Source: Anthoceros angustus
Taxonomy: Eukaryota > Plantae > Anthocerotophyta
Assembly: GCA_010909165.1 (NCBI GenBank)
Contig: MU008177.1
Location: forward strand, 558,001 to 622,000
Direction: 5' to 3'
Length of the DNA: 64,000 nucleotides
Every line of letters begins with the position of its first letter. Positions within the stretch are counted from its first letter, which is position 1. This document shows positions 26,069 through 37,699 of this stretch, piece after piece. Made by a program: the position numbers and the translations under genes. The notes beneath the pieces were generated by a model. The model saw nothing but the letters and a program-made list of their open reading frames with translations. It did no database searches and had not been told where the DNA came from.

Positions 26069-26950
26069 GGTGGTAACCGTGGCGGTTTAAGTCAAGGCAA
26101 GCACATACAGGGAATCAGAGTCTGTTTAACGCCTTCGCCATGCTCACCATGCTTCTTATCCACAAACCGAACGTGCTACCCACAGCAGGGTTTGCTGCAC
26201 GTGCCCAGACCTAGGGCCCGCAGGAGGTATGTGGCTACCACCCCACCTTGCTTCTGCAGGAGAGTGATGATCTGCAGGCGCAATCGATGTACGGCATGTA
26301 TGGACAGAAACGACCTCTCGGCACCCACACTCTGAAATTCGGCGTTGCGAAAAACCTCAAAACGCCCAAAGATGGACTTTGAACATAGTTGGAGGCCACT
26401 TGTACAATAATCAGATGTTAAGAAATATTTTATTTGTACATCTCTTCCGGTGCTAACGATGGACATGTGTCCATGCCAAGAGATCGTAGAGTTCACACCA
26501 TCCCAACAAGGCTTTCAGCACAACCTTTACCTTGTCATGGAGGCGCTCTCAACACCGCCCCGCACAGCGTCCTGGATCATAACAGCTAGCTACCTCCTCC
26601 TCCGCCTCCCTATGAGACCACATAGCCGGTAGTTGCCTCTGGCCTCTCTGCTGGCCGGAGGCGAGGCAAGAATCTCAGCGAGGATGGAATGGGAAGGCAG
26701 ATTTAGGTTTATGTGGCGTGGTTTTATCATACCTCTATGACCGAGGGAACTTGACGGGCGAGAGAGTTTAGTTTGGGGTAAGAAAGCTCTCCAAACTATC
26801 GAAAAACATGTATCTCCTCGGTGACATTAAATTGCGAGATTTGAATGTCAAACAAATCAATATATTCTCGAGAAAATTTAAAGAAATAAGTGTCTATATA
26901 TGTGTGCAAGCAACCTCATATATTCATGAATCCACTAGAGCATTAGAAAT

Positions 26951-28429
26951 ATGGCGAAATCCAACGGTAAACAGCCAACTATAAACTATGAGGTTCAACC
27001 TTGGACGTCAAGCTCGAAACGTATTGCAGAAGATTGGGAGATTATTAATAATGTTGTACTGAAAGCTCTCCAATTTTTATTCGACAATTGCCATGGATCA
27101 TTGGATCTACTTGATGGTGAGTTTATAACTGTAAACATGGCTGTTCATCGCATCATAAAGCTTCCAACAGGGGTCTTCCAGTTATTAGAAGCATATGAAA
27201 AAGCATTGAGTGATGGACTATGTCACATTTCTAGTAACCCATATATTATCGGTGGAGAAGTTGGATGGGCGAGAAAAGTATTGAAGCACTTGATCCAACA
27301 ATGGAACGTGTATGAAAGCTTTGTAGAACGACTGATGGAAATATTTGGTCCTTTAAATGATTTAAATGCAGAGGAATTTGATCTTTCTTTCAAGGGTTAT
27401 ATGATCTTTTCTCTACTTGCATACACTGATTACGCAAAAAGAGCCATAAACCATGTTGTGCAAGAAGGATATGACAACATCGAAGACATGGATGCTTCAC
27501 TTTTGGTTGGTATGATGAGTACGTATATGTCAAGTGAGAAGAGACGACATTACTTTCGGCAAAATATAGAGCCAATAACATACAATGCGATTGCAACATT
27601 GATTTGGCAAATATTTCCTATGGTAGCACGAGAATTTTGGGGAGATAATACTGAAGAAAAAGGAGGGCAAACTTTTCAAGCAAACTCTACGAGTACAACT
27701 TCTTTATCACAAGGACAAGACTTAAATGAGATAAGCTCATTGAATGATCTGATCGTGATGGAGAAGTTTTTGAGTAGTATAGCGGCCAATGATAACTCCA
27801 TAAAGGATCTTGTCGTGGTGGAACCAATATCTTTATCTCCTCCAACTTCTGATCTTGATATTGTGGAGCCAACACCTTTATCTCCTCCAACTTCTGATCT
27901 TGATATTGTGGAGCCAACATATTTATCTTCTCCAACTCTTGATCTTGATGTTGTGAAGCCAACATCTTTATCTCCTCCAACTCCTGATCATGATGTTGTG
28001 GAGCCAATATCTTTGTCTCCTCCATCTCCTTTACCACAAACACAAAACTTAGAGGAAGAAATCTTAGATGATCTTTTTGTGATGCAAGATTTTTTGAGTG
28101 GCCTATCAGGTAATGACTCCGCAAGAAGTTCTGATGTTGGGAAGACAATATCTCCTTCTTCTTCACCGGCTCCATCTCGATCCACAAGAAGTTCTGATGT
28201 TGGGAAGACAATATCTCCTTCTTCTTCACCGGCTCCATCTCGATCGACAAGAAGTTCTGATGTTGGGAAGACAATATCTCCTTCTTCTTCACCAGCTCCA
28301 TCTCGATCTGCAAGAAGTTCTGATGTTGAGAAGACAATATCTCCTTCTACTTCACCAGCTCCATCTCGAACAAAGAAAAAAATTGGTTCGCGGTTGCGAA
28401 AGATTGTAAAATGGTCTTTTAGAGAGTGA
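26951..28429 (+). CDS. Intronless low-GC 492-aa protein: cullin-N-terminus-like helical domain plus Pro/Ser tandem repeats and a basic C-terminus
   Basis: Long clean ORF with a TATA box about 55 bp upstream. Residues about 25-215 follow the CUL1 repeat pattern (EDWEII...KALQFL; QLLEAYEKAL; LKHLIQQWNVYESFVERLMEIFGPLN; DMDASLLVGMM). No cullin-homology or Nedd8 domain. Confidence 0.7.
   Translation: MAKSNGKQPTINYEVQPWTSSSKRIAEDWEIINNVVLKALQFLFDNCHGSLDLLDGEFITVNMAVHRIIKLPTGVFQLLEAYEKALSDGLCHISSNPYIIGGEVGWARKVLKHLIQQWNVYESFVERLMEIFGPLNDLNAEEFDLSFKGYMIFSLLAYTDYAKRAINHVVQEGYDNIEDMDASLLVGMMSTYMSSEKRRHYFRQNIEPITYNAIATLIWQIFPMVAREFWGDNTEEKGGQTFQANSTSTTSLSQGQDLNEISSLNDLIVMEKFLSSIAANDNSIKDLVVVEPISLSPPTSDLDIVEPTPLSPPTSDLDIVEPTYLSSPTLDLDVVKPTSLSPPTPDHDVVEPISLSPPSPLPQTQNLEEEILDDLFVMQDFLSGLSGNDSARSSDVGKTISPSSSPAPSRSTRSSDVGKTISPSSSPAPSRSTRSSDVGKTISPSSSPAPSRSARSSDVEKTISPSTSPAPSRTKKKIGSRLRKIVKWSFRE
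27813..28370 (+). repeat. Coding tandem repeats: 45-bp x about 5 (VEPTSLSPPTSDLDI-like) and 63-bp x 4 (RSSDVGKTISPSSSPAPSRST-like)
   Basis: Directly visible at about 27813-28030 and 28121-28370. Confidence 0.95.
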
Positions 28430-29454
28430 AAATTTATTTTAAATTAGTTTAAACCAGAGTTCCACCCAAGATCGAAGCTAGAAAAAAATGTGTTATTTTT
28501 TGTATCATTTTAAAAATTATAAAAATATCCACATCAATTTCCTTTAAATAGTAGGAGATACATAGCTCAATTTATATCACGCAAAGAGCCTAGGCCTGGA
28601 GCAACGGCCTGCAAGAGCTATAACACATGCAAAGTCGATAACTTCCTCTAGTCAACAAAGATGAGCAAGTTATTGAGCTGAAGACATTTTTGAAAGAAAA
28701 CTTGGTTATCGGGCATTTCTAGATACCGAAGCCCTTCCAACGGAATGTCTGTTCCACGGACGGACACGCTGCCAAGACGTCATCCAGGAACGTAGGGAAG
28801 TAGGAGGTAGTGAATGGACAACAGTCGCTACAGCACATCATACTACAATACAGTCGGATCCTGTCACTGTGTTTGGCTGTTGGAAAACTTGGGGGCCAGC
28901 TGATCGCTGATTGGACTACGAGGGCAAGTTTTGCAGGGTGACACATTGGCTAGCCGACAGAGGTTCACCGGTCAACGACCGAAATGGGGAAAAATAGAGG
29001 GTGATATACTCGTCGAGGCCCGGGCCCTCTCACTGGACTGGTTGTGTGGATGGAATGCTCACTTGGACGTGATGGCTTCATGTTGAGGCTGTGTGGCACT
29101 CGTGCAACTGCTTTCTTTCCTTTTATGTCGCTTTCTGGATTCAATTTTTGAAGGGCTGTTTGTATGAATTGGCTCGTTGTCGGCTCCGGGTGCCGGAGTT
29201 GCTAGAGCAGGAAGGCGCTAGAAGGTGATGGATCTCTGCTCTTGGAGAGAGCCGTGAACTACATGGCTGTTGCTGCCTACGCCCGCCCACCAGTGTAGTA
29301 GGCTGGAATGGCAGGCGCGTGGGACGGATGTGAAATGCTTGCACCAATTGCAAGTAGCGTGTCTGCTACTGCTGGAGGATTAATGCTTGTCTGAGGAGTT
29401 GGAGTGACCTGAGGCGCTGCTCGCAGAGGGGGAGATTGGTGGAGTTAGCGAGAA

Positions 29455-32400
29455 ATGTTGCGCGAGATGACCTCCTGTAGCAGCATCCTGCCCGCATCTG
29501 CTGTCAGGACGCGTTACGCAACTGACCCAGGCCCGAGCAGGGGTTCCTGGAAGAATGTGGAGTACCGGCGGAAAGGAGGAAATGAATCTTGGGTTTCTGG
29601 GTTGAGAGCTGTACGAAGGGTGCAGGGTGCTGTGCTGAGTGGTACGCACCCTGGAGAGCTTAATGCTCTAGGCTTGGGTTATGTTGCAGCAAGCGGTTGC
29701 GGCTGCAGAAGCTTGGAGGGCGGGGTGCATTCGGCGCAGGATGTGATGTCCAGAGCCCCGTCCACGTCTGGCTCATGGGTGATGTCCCTCGGGAATAGAC
29801 CTCAACAAGTCCAGTGGAGGAAGGGGCGATTTGTGATGGACTGCCCTGCCCTGTTGCCGAAGGGATTTCGCCTGCCAGCCAAACAAAGCTTGGTAGTGAC
29901 ACCTATAGTTTGGAGGAACAGTAGAAAGCCAGAAACACTCCTCGTGAGATCGAGCTTTGGCAACATAAGGATACTGAGGGCGGGAGAAGAACCACAAGTG
30001 TTGTTGCTGGAAGACCCTGACAATGAGTTTCAACAGGGAGAAGATGGTGGTCAAGTGCGGGGTCGAGCGTCCGAAACAGTTGCTGTAGACACGACGGCTG
30101 AGATAGCAGACGCTTCTTCTGAATCCCTGCCTCCTGAAGGCTTCATCCTCCTCATTGCCTGCATGATTGGCCTCCTCACTGGAGCCGGCGTTGTTCTGTT
30201 CAATGTTGGGGTGAGGTGGATTTCTCAGCCCTTGCTTTCTCTTCTTGCACATGTATCAGCTACAAGGCGTATTACCCTCAGCCAGCTGCTCTCGTTGCGG
30301 GGTTTCATTTTGAGCTTGTTGTTGTCTCCTAACTGTGAGTTGGAGTTTTGATATTGTTTTCAGTAAGGCTCTCTTCGTCAATGCAGGAACATGGCGTACA
30401 TGACCTATTGTGGGAGGGAGTGTATGGACCTTCGTGGCTTAGAGCTCATCCTATTCAGCAGACATGGCAACATATCATCTTCATTCCAGTCGGTGGTGGT
30501 CTAGTTGTCGGAGTTTTGAATACAATAAGGAATAGGTTGGAAGTTCCTGCTGGGGAAGATACTAACGACGAAGGAAATATCTCTTTTGTCTCGAGAATGA
30601 AGGCATTCTTCAGGCCTGTGCTTAAAGCTGCGGCAGCAGCTGTCACACTCGGGACAGGAAACTCTCTTGGTCCAGAGGGTCCCAGTGTGGAAATTGGTGC
30701 ATCTATTGCATCAGGGTTCGGGGATCTGCTGAAAAGTAGCAGAGAACGAAAATTATCGTTCACAGCAGCAGGGTCTGCAGCTGGCATTGCCTCAGGTGAG
30801 GTGAGCTATTCTGAGTAGGTCACTGCATGACGTTAAGTGACGGCACGTTGGCTGTGTGTTCGAGGTCTGCTATCCGCTGCGCCTAACTGTGTGTATATGG
30901 GTATTGGATTTTAGGTTTCAATGCTGCCGTCGCCGGCTGCTTCTTTGCTCTTGAGTCGGTTCTTCGTCCAATATCTGGACAGAACTCATCCTCGTTAACA
31001 ACGGCCACAATTATTCTTGGTTCCGTGCTCGCCTCTGTTGTATCCCAAGCGGGTTTGGGATCTGAGCCTGCCTTCAGGACTCCTGCATATGAATTTCGCT
31101 CTCCTGCAGGTAAGTACCATACGTCACGCTGGTAGTAATTTGCATATGACTAAGTGGAGAACCCCTAGCCCGACAATTTGTATCTGGAGGGCGTGTGACA
31201 AATCATCTTCCTGTTTTGCAGAGCTCCCACTATATCTTCTACTTGGTATTCTTTGTGGATTTGTTTCTGTTTGTCTCCTGACGGGCTCAGCTTATGCGAC
31301 TTCAGCTTTTGACGGCCTGAAAGCCCGTGGTGTACCCGCTGGAATTCTCCCTTCCTTGGGAGGACTGTCAGTGGGATTGATTGCATTGGCCTATCCTGAG
31401 ATACTGTACTGGGGGTTTGAGAATGTGGAAGTTCTCCTCAGATCACGAATGCCATGGGCAGCGGGTCCATCACCAGGCTTGCTGCTTCAGCTGGTTGGGG
31501 CAAAGGTGGTCGCAACTTCATTATGCAGGGGATCAGGATTGGTGGGTGGGGTCTATGCTCCTTCGTTGTTCATTGGTGCTGCCCTAGGATCCGCATATGG
31601 AACTCTGGTGAATTATGTCGTAGTACATGCAGACTCGATGTATCATCTCAACGTCCTCAGTGTCGCAGCCCCTCAAGCGTATGCTCTGGTAGGACAGTAC
31701 TTCTTTTCACGGTCATGGTGGTTTCCAATGAAACATACTGCAACTAACAAAGCATTGGATGTTGAATCTTGAACAGGTTGGCATGGCAGCCACTCTTGCA
31801 GGTGTATGTCAAGTGCCTTTCACATCTGTCCTGCTCCTCTTCGAACTAACCCATGACTATCGCATCATTTTACCACTCATGGCGGCAGTGGGGCTCTCCT
31901 GTTGGGTTGCGTCTGCAGCAACCTCACAGAAGAGCACTCGGGGTTCGACTAAGATAACTGCACCAGCAGGGTTGCTGCCAAGCAGGAGCCGGGTCAATGG
32001 TACTGTGAAGGACGAGAGTGTTTCTGGTCAAGAAATGATATGTACATTAGATTCTTCTCTTTGCTTGAACTCGGAAGTCAATGATGAGAAACTGCGAGCA
32101 CAGATCCCTGTCTCTGCGGCCATGAGGACAAAGTTTGCTGTTGTCTCACCTGAAGTCACCGTAAAAGCAGCGGTGTCATTGATGATAGAGCAAAAAGAGT
32201 GGTGTGTGTTGATAGTTGGTAAGAACGGACTCCTCGAGGGGATTTTGACTCTAGGAGACGTCCAGCAAGAAGCACGGAAAGCTAGGAGCACTTCACAGGT
32301 AAATGATCGAATACTGCTTTGCGTTCCTATTACGTTTAGTAGCTCCCGCAGACAAAAACTGAACGCTGACCTGTTTACTGTGTAGCAAACGGATCAGAGA

Positions 32401-32774
32401 CCTGTTTCGAAGGTGTCCAAGAGTTGGTCCTCTGGTAAATTAGTGACTGCCTATGCGGATATGAGCCTTCGAGCAGCTGAAAGGAAGATGGTCAGCCGAG
32501 GGATAAGGCAGGTTCCTGTTGTGGCAAAGACTGGAGAGAGTGACCGATTCGTGATCGGACTTCTTGACAGAGATTCCATTGATCGAGCTTGCCGGTAAGT
32601 GGCATGGATGTTACATGGATCGTGGTGTTCCTTTGTTGTTCCTCGCCTGTTACAGACTTGTACAGAAGTGATAGTGCCCAATGCACATTTTACAGGGCTG
32701 AAGCAACCAGGAGGATGGTGGAGCGGTTGTCCACTTCTTCTGTTCCAGTTGATGCTGAAACTTCCATACGATGA
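29455..32774 (+). CDS. CLC chloride channel, CLC-e-like (plastid type), with two CBS domains, multi-exon; start codon uncertain
   Basis: ACMIGLLTGAGVVLFN; GTGNSLGPEGPSVEIG; AAGSAAGIASGFNAAVAGCFFALES; ELPLYLLLG; GSGLVGGVYAPSLFIG; VPFTSVLLLFELTHDY; CBS motifs; long R/S-rich N-terminal extension. Confidence 0.9.
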
Positions 32775-33995
32775 ACAGCTTCAGCAGAATCTGAACCAGT
32801 TTTGCTTCCCCATTTGTAGATACATATTACTTGGATCAGGATTCTGACAGTTTCGTGTTTCGTTTCTGTCAAGGTGTGCAAAGATTTCTTACCAATTGTT
32901 TGTAGAGTACATTGTAGACAACATTCTTCCTACTTACTTGCAAAGTCCTCTGTGGGCGTAGGTGTATACTAATCGTGTGTGGAAAGACATTGAAATCTGT
33001 GGCCCAAATTGGGTTCATATCTCATTAAAGAGCCAATCAGACAATTGTGTACATTCTGGCACTACGTATACACCTGTGGCACTATATGGGCAGTGCGTCC
33101 TCCGTGTGTCAAAATCATGTAAAAGTCTTAGACCACGAATGAGCATTTCGAGCGTGTAGAGTGGTAGGAAATACCTGCAATGCTACGGAGTTAGAATTCT
33201 GTGTTGCTGAGTGCGACGGTGCGGATTTTGCAGTTCTTGTGGGAGTTGCCTACGGGGTATGGATGATGGTTGATAGGGTTCTGGAAGCTTCTGGCAAGGT
33301 GTAAGGATGTGTAACTGCGATTGTGGTGTGAAATGCAAGTTGGTTAGTGGAGCTTGCCCTCTGTGACAACAGTACTCTGCGCTAGATCGTGGATACCTAT
33401 ATGTATGTGAAGGCTCAGTGTTGGTAGGAGGGGAAACGCGGCGCTGGAAGACGGGGTGGCACAGGTCTAGTTGCAGAGGCGTCAACCTTGCTCCTGAGAA
33501 TTAAAAGGTTTGGTTTTGTTACATCTGCTTTTTAGAATTTCGCCCTTGCCAGGTCCCGGTCTGGCACGTTGTGAAAGCACCCGTCCTCCTGCAGGCAGGT
33601 CTGATATCAGAGGGAGGATGCTGTTCTCTGTCTTAGCCAAGCGGCTGGGCTCAGAACGTGGGTGGAATGCAAGCTTTGCTAGGTTTTTGAGTCGATCCAG
33701 TTCTGTAGCCAGCTGAGGAAATAGATTTGACGGAAAAGGCAGTTTTCTTTGGCAGGGGATGGCTATATGTAGTAGGCAGAATGTATATTATGAGCAAGGA
33801 GAGGTGGATGGCCTCCTTGAGGAGGAAGCCTTGGCAAATCGACGGCACCTCCCATTGGCAGACACAATCAGCCTGTCTGGGTGAGAGCAAGCTCGGGTAA
33901 GATCCCCAGCACCAGCACCAGCGCCTCCTGTGAGGACCACGCAGTGCGACTGTTAAGGCCACATCTTGTCTGTGCTTACATCAGAAATTGCCGTG

Positions 33996-34260
33996 CAGGA
34001 AAAAAAGAGCAGACCAGGCTCTGAAGTCGGCGGTGTCGTGAAGGCCAGAGCCAACAGCCAAAGGAGTGCTGCTATCTGAAGCGCAGACAAAGCGCTGTAA
34101 GAGCCAAGAGCTCAAGGTGACAGAGTCAGAGAGTGACATTTCTGACACGGGGAGTGGCCAAAGGAACGAGAGCTCAGCGTAGAGCCTGAAAGATGCACTA
34201 ATTGTAAAGGAGTTGCCTTCCAGAAGACCTCCCGTGCCCAAGAAGCTGCCTCTTGCCGCT
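33996..34260 (+). pseudogene. Degenerate duplicate of part of exon 1 of the downstream helicase gene
   Basis: agccaaaggagtgctgctatctgaa...ccaagagctcaaggtgacagagtcagagagtgacatttctgacac closely matches 41372-41466, and carries stop codons. Confidence 0.8.
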
Positions 34261-34819
34261 CGTGCTGCTTTGGTACTCCTTTCTAGTTGGGCTGGCTATT
34301 TAGTTCAGAGCTTAGTAAAACAGGATTCACAGTTGGAGAGCTACCACTACGCTTCCACTCATCTGAGAGTGCAGAGCCTCCGGTCGAGCAGCTGTGGAGC
34401 TTCTGGTTTGTCTGCGGAATACGCTGCAATATCCAGAGGATGATGGAATCGTCACCTCAGTTGTCTGCTCCTCCAAAAGGTCTCCTTGCTTATTGTTTGA
34501 TTGCTTTTTGTTGTGGCATGGTTTTGAGGTTGTGATTTTCCTCTCAACACCAGACATTTGATGCAGTGGTGGTACTATTTCGCGCTACTGGAGATGCTCC
34601 CATCCTTAAGCAATCCAAATTTAAGGTTTGCATCCATCACCATTTTGCATCTGAGGGTTGAGGAATTTTTTAAACTGCGAGAAATACTGAAAGTTGTTTT
34701 GGTTCCATGGACTAGATTGGAGCTTCTGAGAAGTTTGCGAAGGTTATAGACTTCCTCAGGAAGCAGCTACATCGAGAGACTCTGGTAAGTGAGATAAGTG
34801 ACGTTCTTGCGCAAACAAT

Positions 34820-36835
34820 TTTGTGCCCTTGAACAGTGAATGTAACGTGCTGACTGCTCGCATGTGAAGTTTGTATACGTCAATAGCGCTTTCTCCCCCA
34901 ACCCCGACGAACTTGTCTCAGACTTGTTCGAGGTACGACTTTGAGTTGAAAGGAGTAAGTACTTGCGACTTGAGCCATTGTGACGTGTGCAATGGTCTGA
35001 CGTGTAACTCGTTGGAGAGTGCAGAACTTTGGTATCGATGGGAAATTGGTTATCAATTATGCATGTTCAGTGGCTTGGGGCTGATTGAACCGTAAGTGGG
35101 CTACAATCCTTGCTGGTGGCCTTCAGGAATCAAGCAGCGAACTGGATCGGTGACTTGAGAAATGTTTGCGAGCTAGCTTGTTCTGGCAAACGTTCGGGCG
35201 CTTACGTAATCCTTCTTAGCAGGCGCATACATTGCTGCGCAACATGCAGGACGGCTAGGAGGGCGTACTGGAAGGCGTACCCAAGAACCTGAACGGGATT
35301 ATTTTATTTGTAATATTTCATACTATCTTAATTATTAAGCAGGTCAGTATGTTCCAAAACTTATTATTCGGTAGTGTTCACGGACCTAATCCATAACGCC
35401 GGGGCCTTTTTTGGCTCATTTTCTTGCGGATCTCGATTTGTAATTTTCATTGAATCTACATCAAGCTCCTGCGGAATCCAACATGGCAAATAACATAACC
35501 TTCTCCTCTATCGGTTCAAATGGCCTAGGCCAAATGGACACACATTTATAAGAACTTTGTGATTAAGCATCTTGTGCATAGATCGGTACTTAGATGGGGT
35601 GCACAGAGGGAGTGGATGCCCTTGGCGCAAGCGTTCATGTTGGTTGAAAACTTTGGAGCATTCTTTACATTCCACGATTTTCAAACCATTAGCTTCTCCT
35701 CAATTTGTTCATGTGTTGGTTGAAAATTTGGAGCATCCTTTTGGGCTCCATTTTTTGAAGGATCTAGCATGAGGTATGGCTTTTGCATTGGGCTGGAAAT
35801 CTTGGCTTAGTTAACGCGACGTCCTTTGTGCCCTTGAACAGACAGTAACGTGCTGACTGCTCGCATGTGAAGTTTGTATACGTCAATAGCGCTTTCTCCC
35901 CAACCCCGACGAACTTGTCTCAGACTTGTTCGAGGTACGACTTTGAGTTGAAGTAAGTACTTGCGACTTGAGCCATTGTGACGTGTGCAATGGTCTGACG
36001 TGTAACTCGTTGGAGAGTGCAGAACTTTGGTATCGATGGGAAATTGGTTATCAATTATGCATGTTCAGTGGCTTGGGGCTGATTGAACCGTAAGTGGGCT
36101 ACAATCCTTGCTGGTGGCCTTCAGGAATCAAGCAGCGAACTGGATCGGTGACTTGAGAAATGTTTGCGAGCTAGCTTGTTCTGGCAAACGTTCGGGCGCT
36201 TACGTAATCCTTCTTAGCAGGCGCATACATTGCTGCGCAACATGCAGGACGGCTAGGAGGGCGTACTGGAAGGCGTACCCAAGAACCTGAACGGGATTAT
36301 TTTATTTGTAATATTTCATACTATCTTAATTATTAAGCAGGTCAGTATGTTCCAAAACTTATTATTCGGTAGTGTTCACGGACCTAATCCATAACGCCGG
36401 GGCCTTTTTTGGCTCATTTTCTTGCGGATCTCGATTTGTAATTTTCATTGAATCTACATCAAGCTCCTGCGGAATCCAACATGGCAAATAACATAACCTT
36501 CTCCTCTATCGGTTCAAATGGCCTAGGCCAAATGGACACACATTTATAAGAACTTTGTGATTAAGCATCTTGTGCATAGATCGGTACTTAGATGGGGTGC
36601 CTGAAGGGAGTGGATGCCCTTGGCGCAAGCGTTCATGTGTTGGTTGAAAACTTTGGAGCATTCTTCCACATTCCACGATTTTCAAACCATTAGCTTCTCC
36701 TCAATTTGTTCATGTGTTGGTTGAAAATTTGGAGCATCCTTTTGGGCTCCACAGTTTTTCGAAGGATCTAGCATGAGGTATGGCTTTTGCATTGGGCTGG
36801 AAATCTTGGCTTAGTTAACGCGCTGACGTCCTTTA
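34820..36835 (+). repeat. Near-identical about 1.0-kb tandem duplication (about 34820-35825 and 35825-36835)
   Basis: Identical 60-aa ORFs at 35110 and 36108 (offset 998). The copies differ only by a few small indels. Confidence 0.95.
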
Positions 36836-37465
36836 TTGCTTGAGCAAACTTAGCCCACATACACCACATCATGCTGCACATTGTACCCGAAAATTGCACC
36901 CAATGTCCAGTGTTTTCAATATCACAACTTCAAAAACATTTTAAGCCTCCATAGTCAGACTAGTAGGGTTACAAAAATATCAACCTTTTGCACGGACACC
37001 GTGTCCTTGTTGACGTACACCCTATGTAGACACCCTAAACCAGAAGAGACCCGGCTCGGAATTTGAAATGGCAGGCTAGGGCTGTGCAGGATCGAGCTGC
37101 CCGCATAGAGGCTGAGTTGAGAGATACTCCTACCTACAAGGCAAGGGTATGGAATTGGCACAATGGTGATGGGAAGCTCCGCGAGCAGGGTTTGAACGTT
37201 CGGAACGACAAGTTTATAATGGGCTTGAAGGAGAGATTGGGAGGGCCGGATGTGTTCTCTAATAACTTTGGCAAGGTTTGGAATGAGAACCTAGGCTTCG
37301 TATGCCATGGCACAGACACGCTCTCACCCCAGGATTGGAGACATGTCGATGATCTGTTGTACCACATCTATGGAAAACGTCCAAGCAAATGCAACTCTCA
37401 GTGGGTGCCAAAATCCATGGCCTTGGGTCTTCTCGTAAAGAAGGGGTTGGGCAAAGATGTGAAGA

Positions 37466-37660
37466 CGCATTCTTGGGGTTGGCAGGATACTATAGGAAGT
37501 TCATTCCGCGGATGAGCAGGATTGCGCGACCATTGAACAACCTGTTGAAGAAGTTGGTGACTTGGCGTTGGACTGAAGAGGAGGAGTCAGCCTTCAACTC
37601 TTCAAAGGGTAGACTACTCATGAGCTCGCCAATTCTTGGTCATCTAGACTTCAGCAAGTT
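37466..37660 (+). mobile_element. Ty3/gypsy RT-RNase H junction fragment
   Basis: AFLGLAGYYRKFIPRMSRIARPLNNLLKK...WTEEEESAF...SPILGHLDFSK. Confidence 0.85.
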
Positions 37661-37699
37661 AGGGATGCCATGCGGAAGCAACTAGCATCAAACATACTT

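Noticed and set aside
27687-28409. Overlapping alternative-frame and antisense repeat ORFs
   Set aside because: By-products of stop-free tandem repeats inside the 492-aa ORF.
26951-28429. Bacterial horizontal transfer of the low-GC intronless ORF
   Set aside because: The best recognisable similarity is to a eukaryotic cullin and it has a TATA promoter. Low GC alone is insufficient.
34820-36835. Duplicated 60-aa gene
   Set aside because: No ATG-initiated conserved product or motif. The duplication could also be an assembly artefact.
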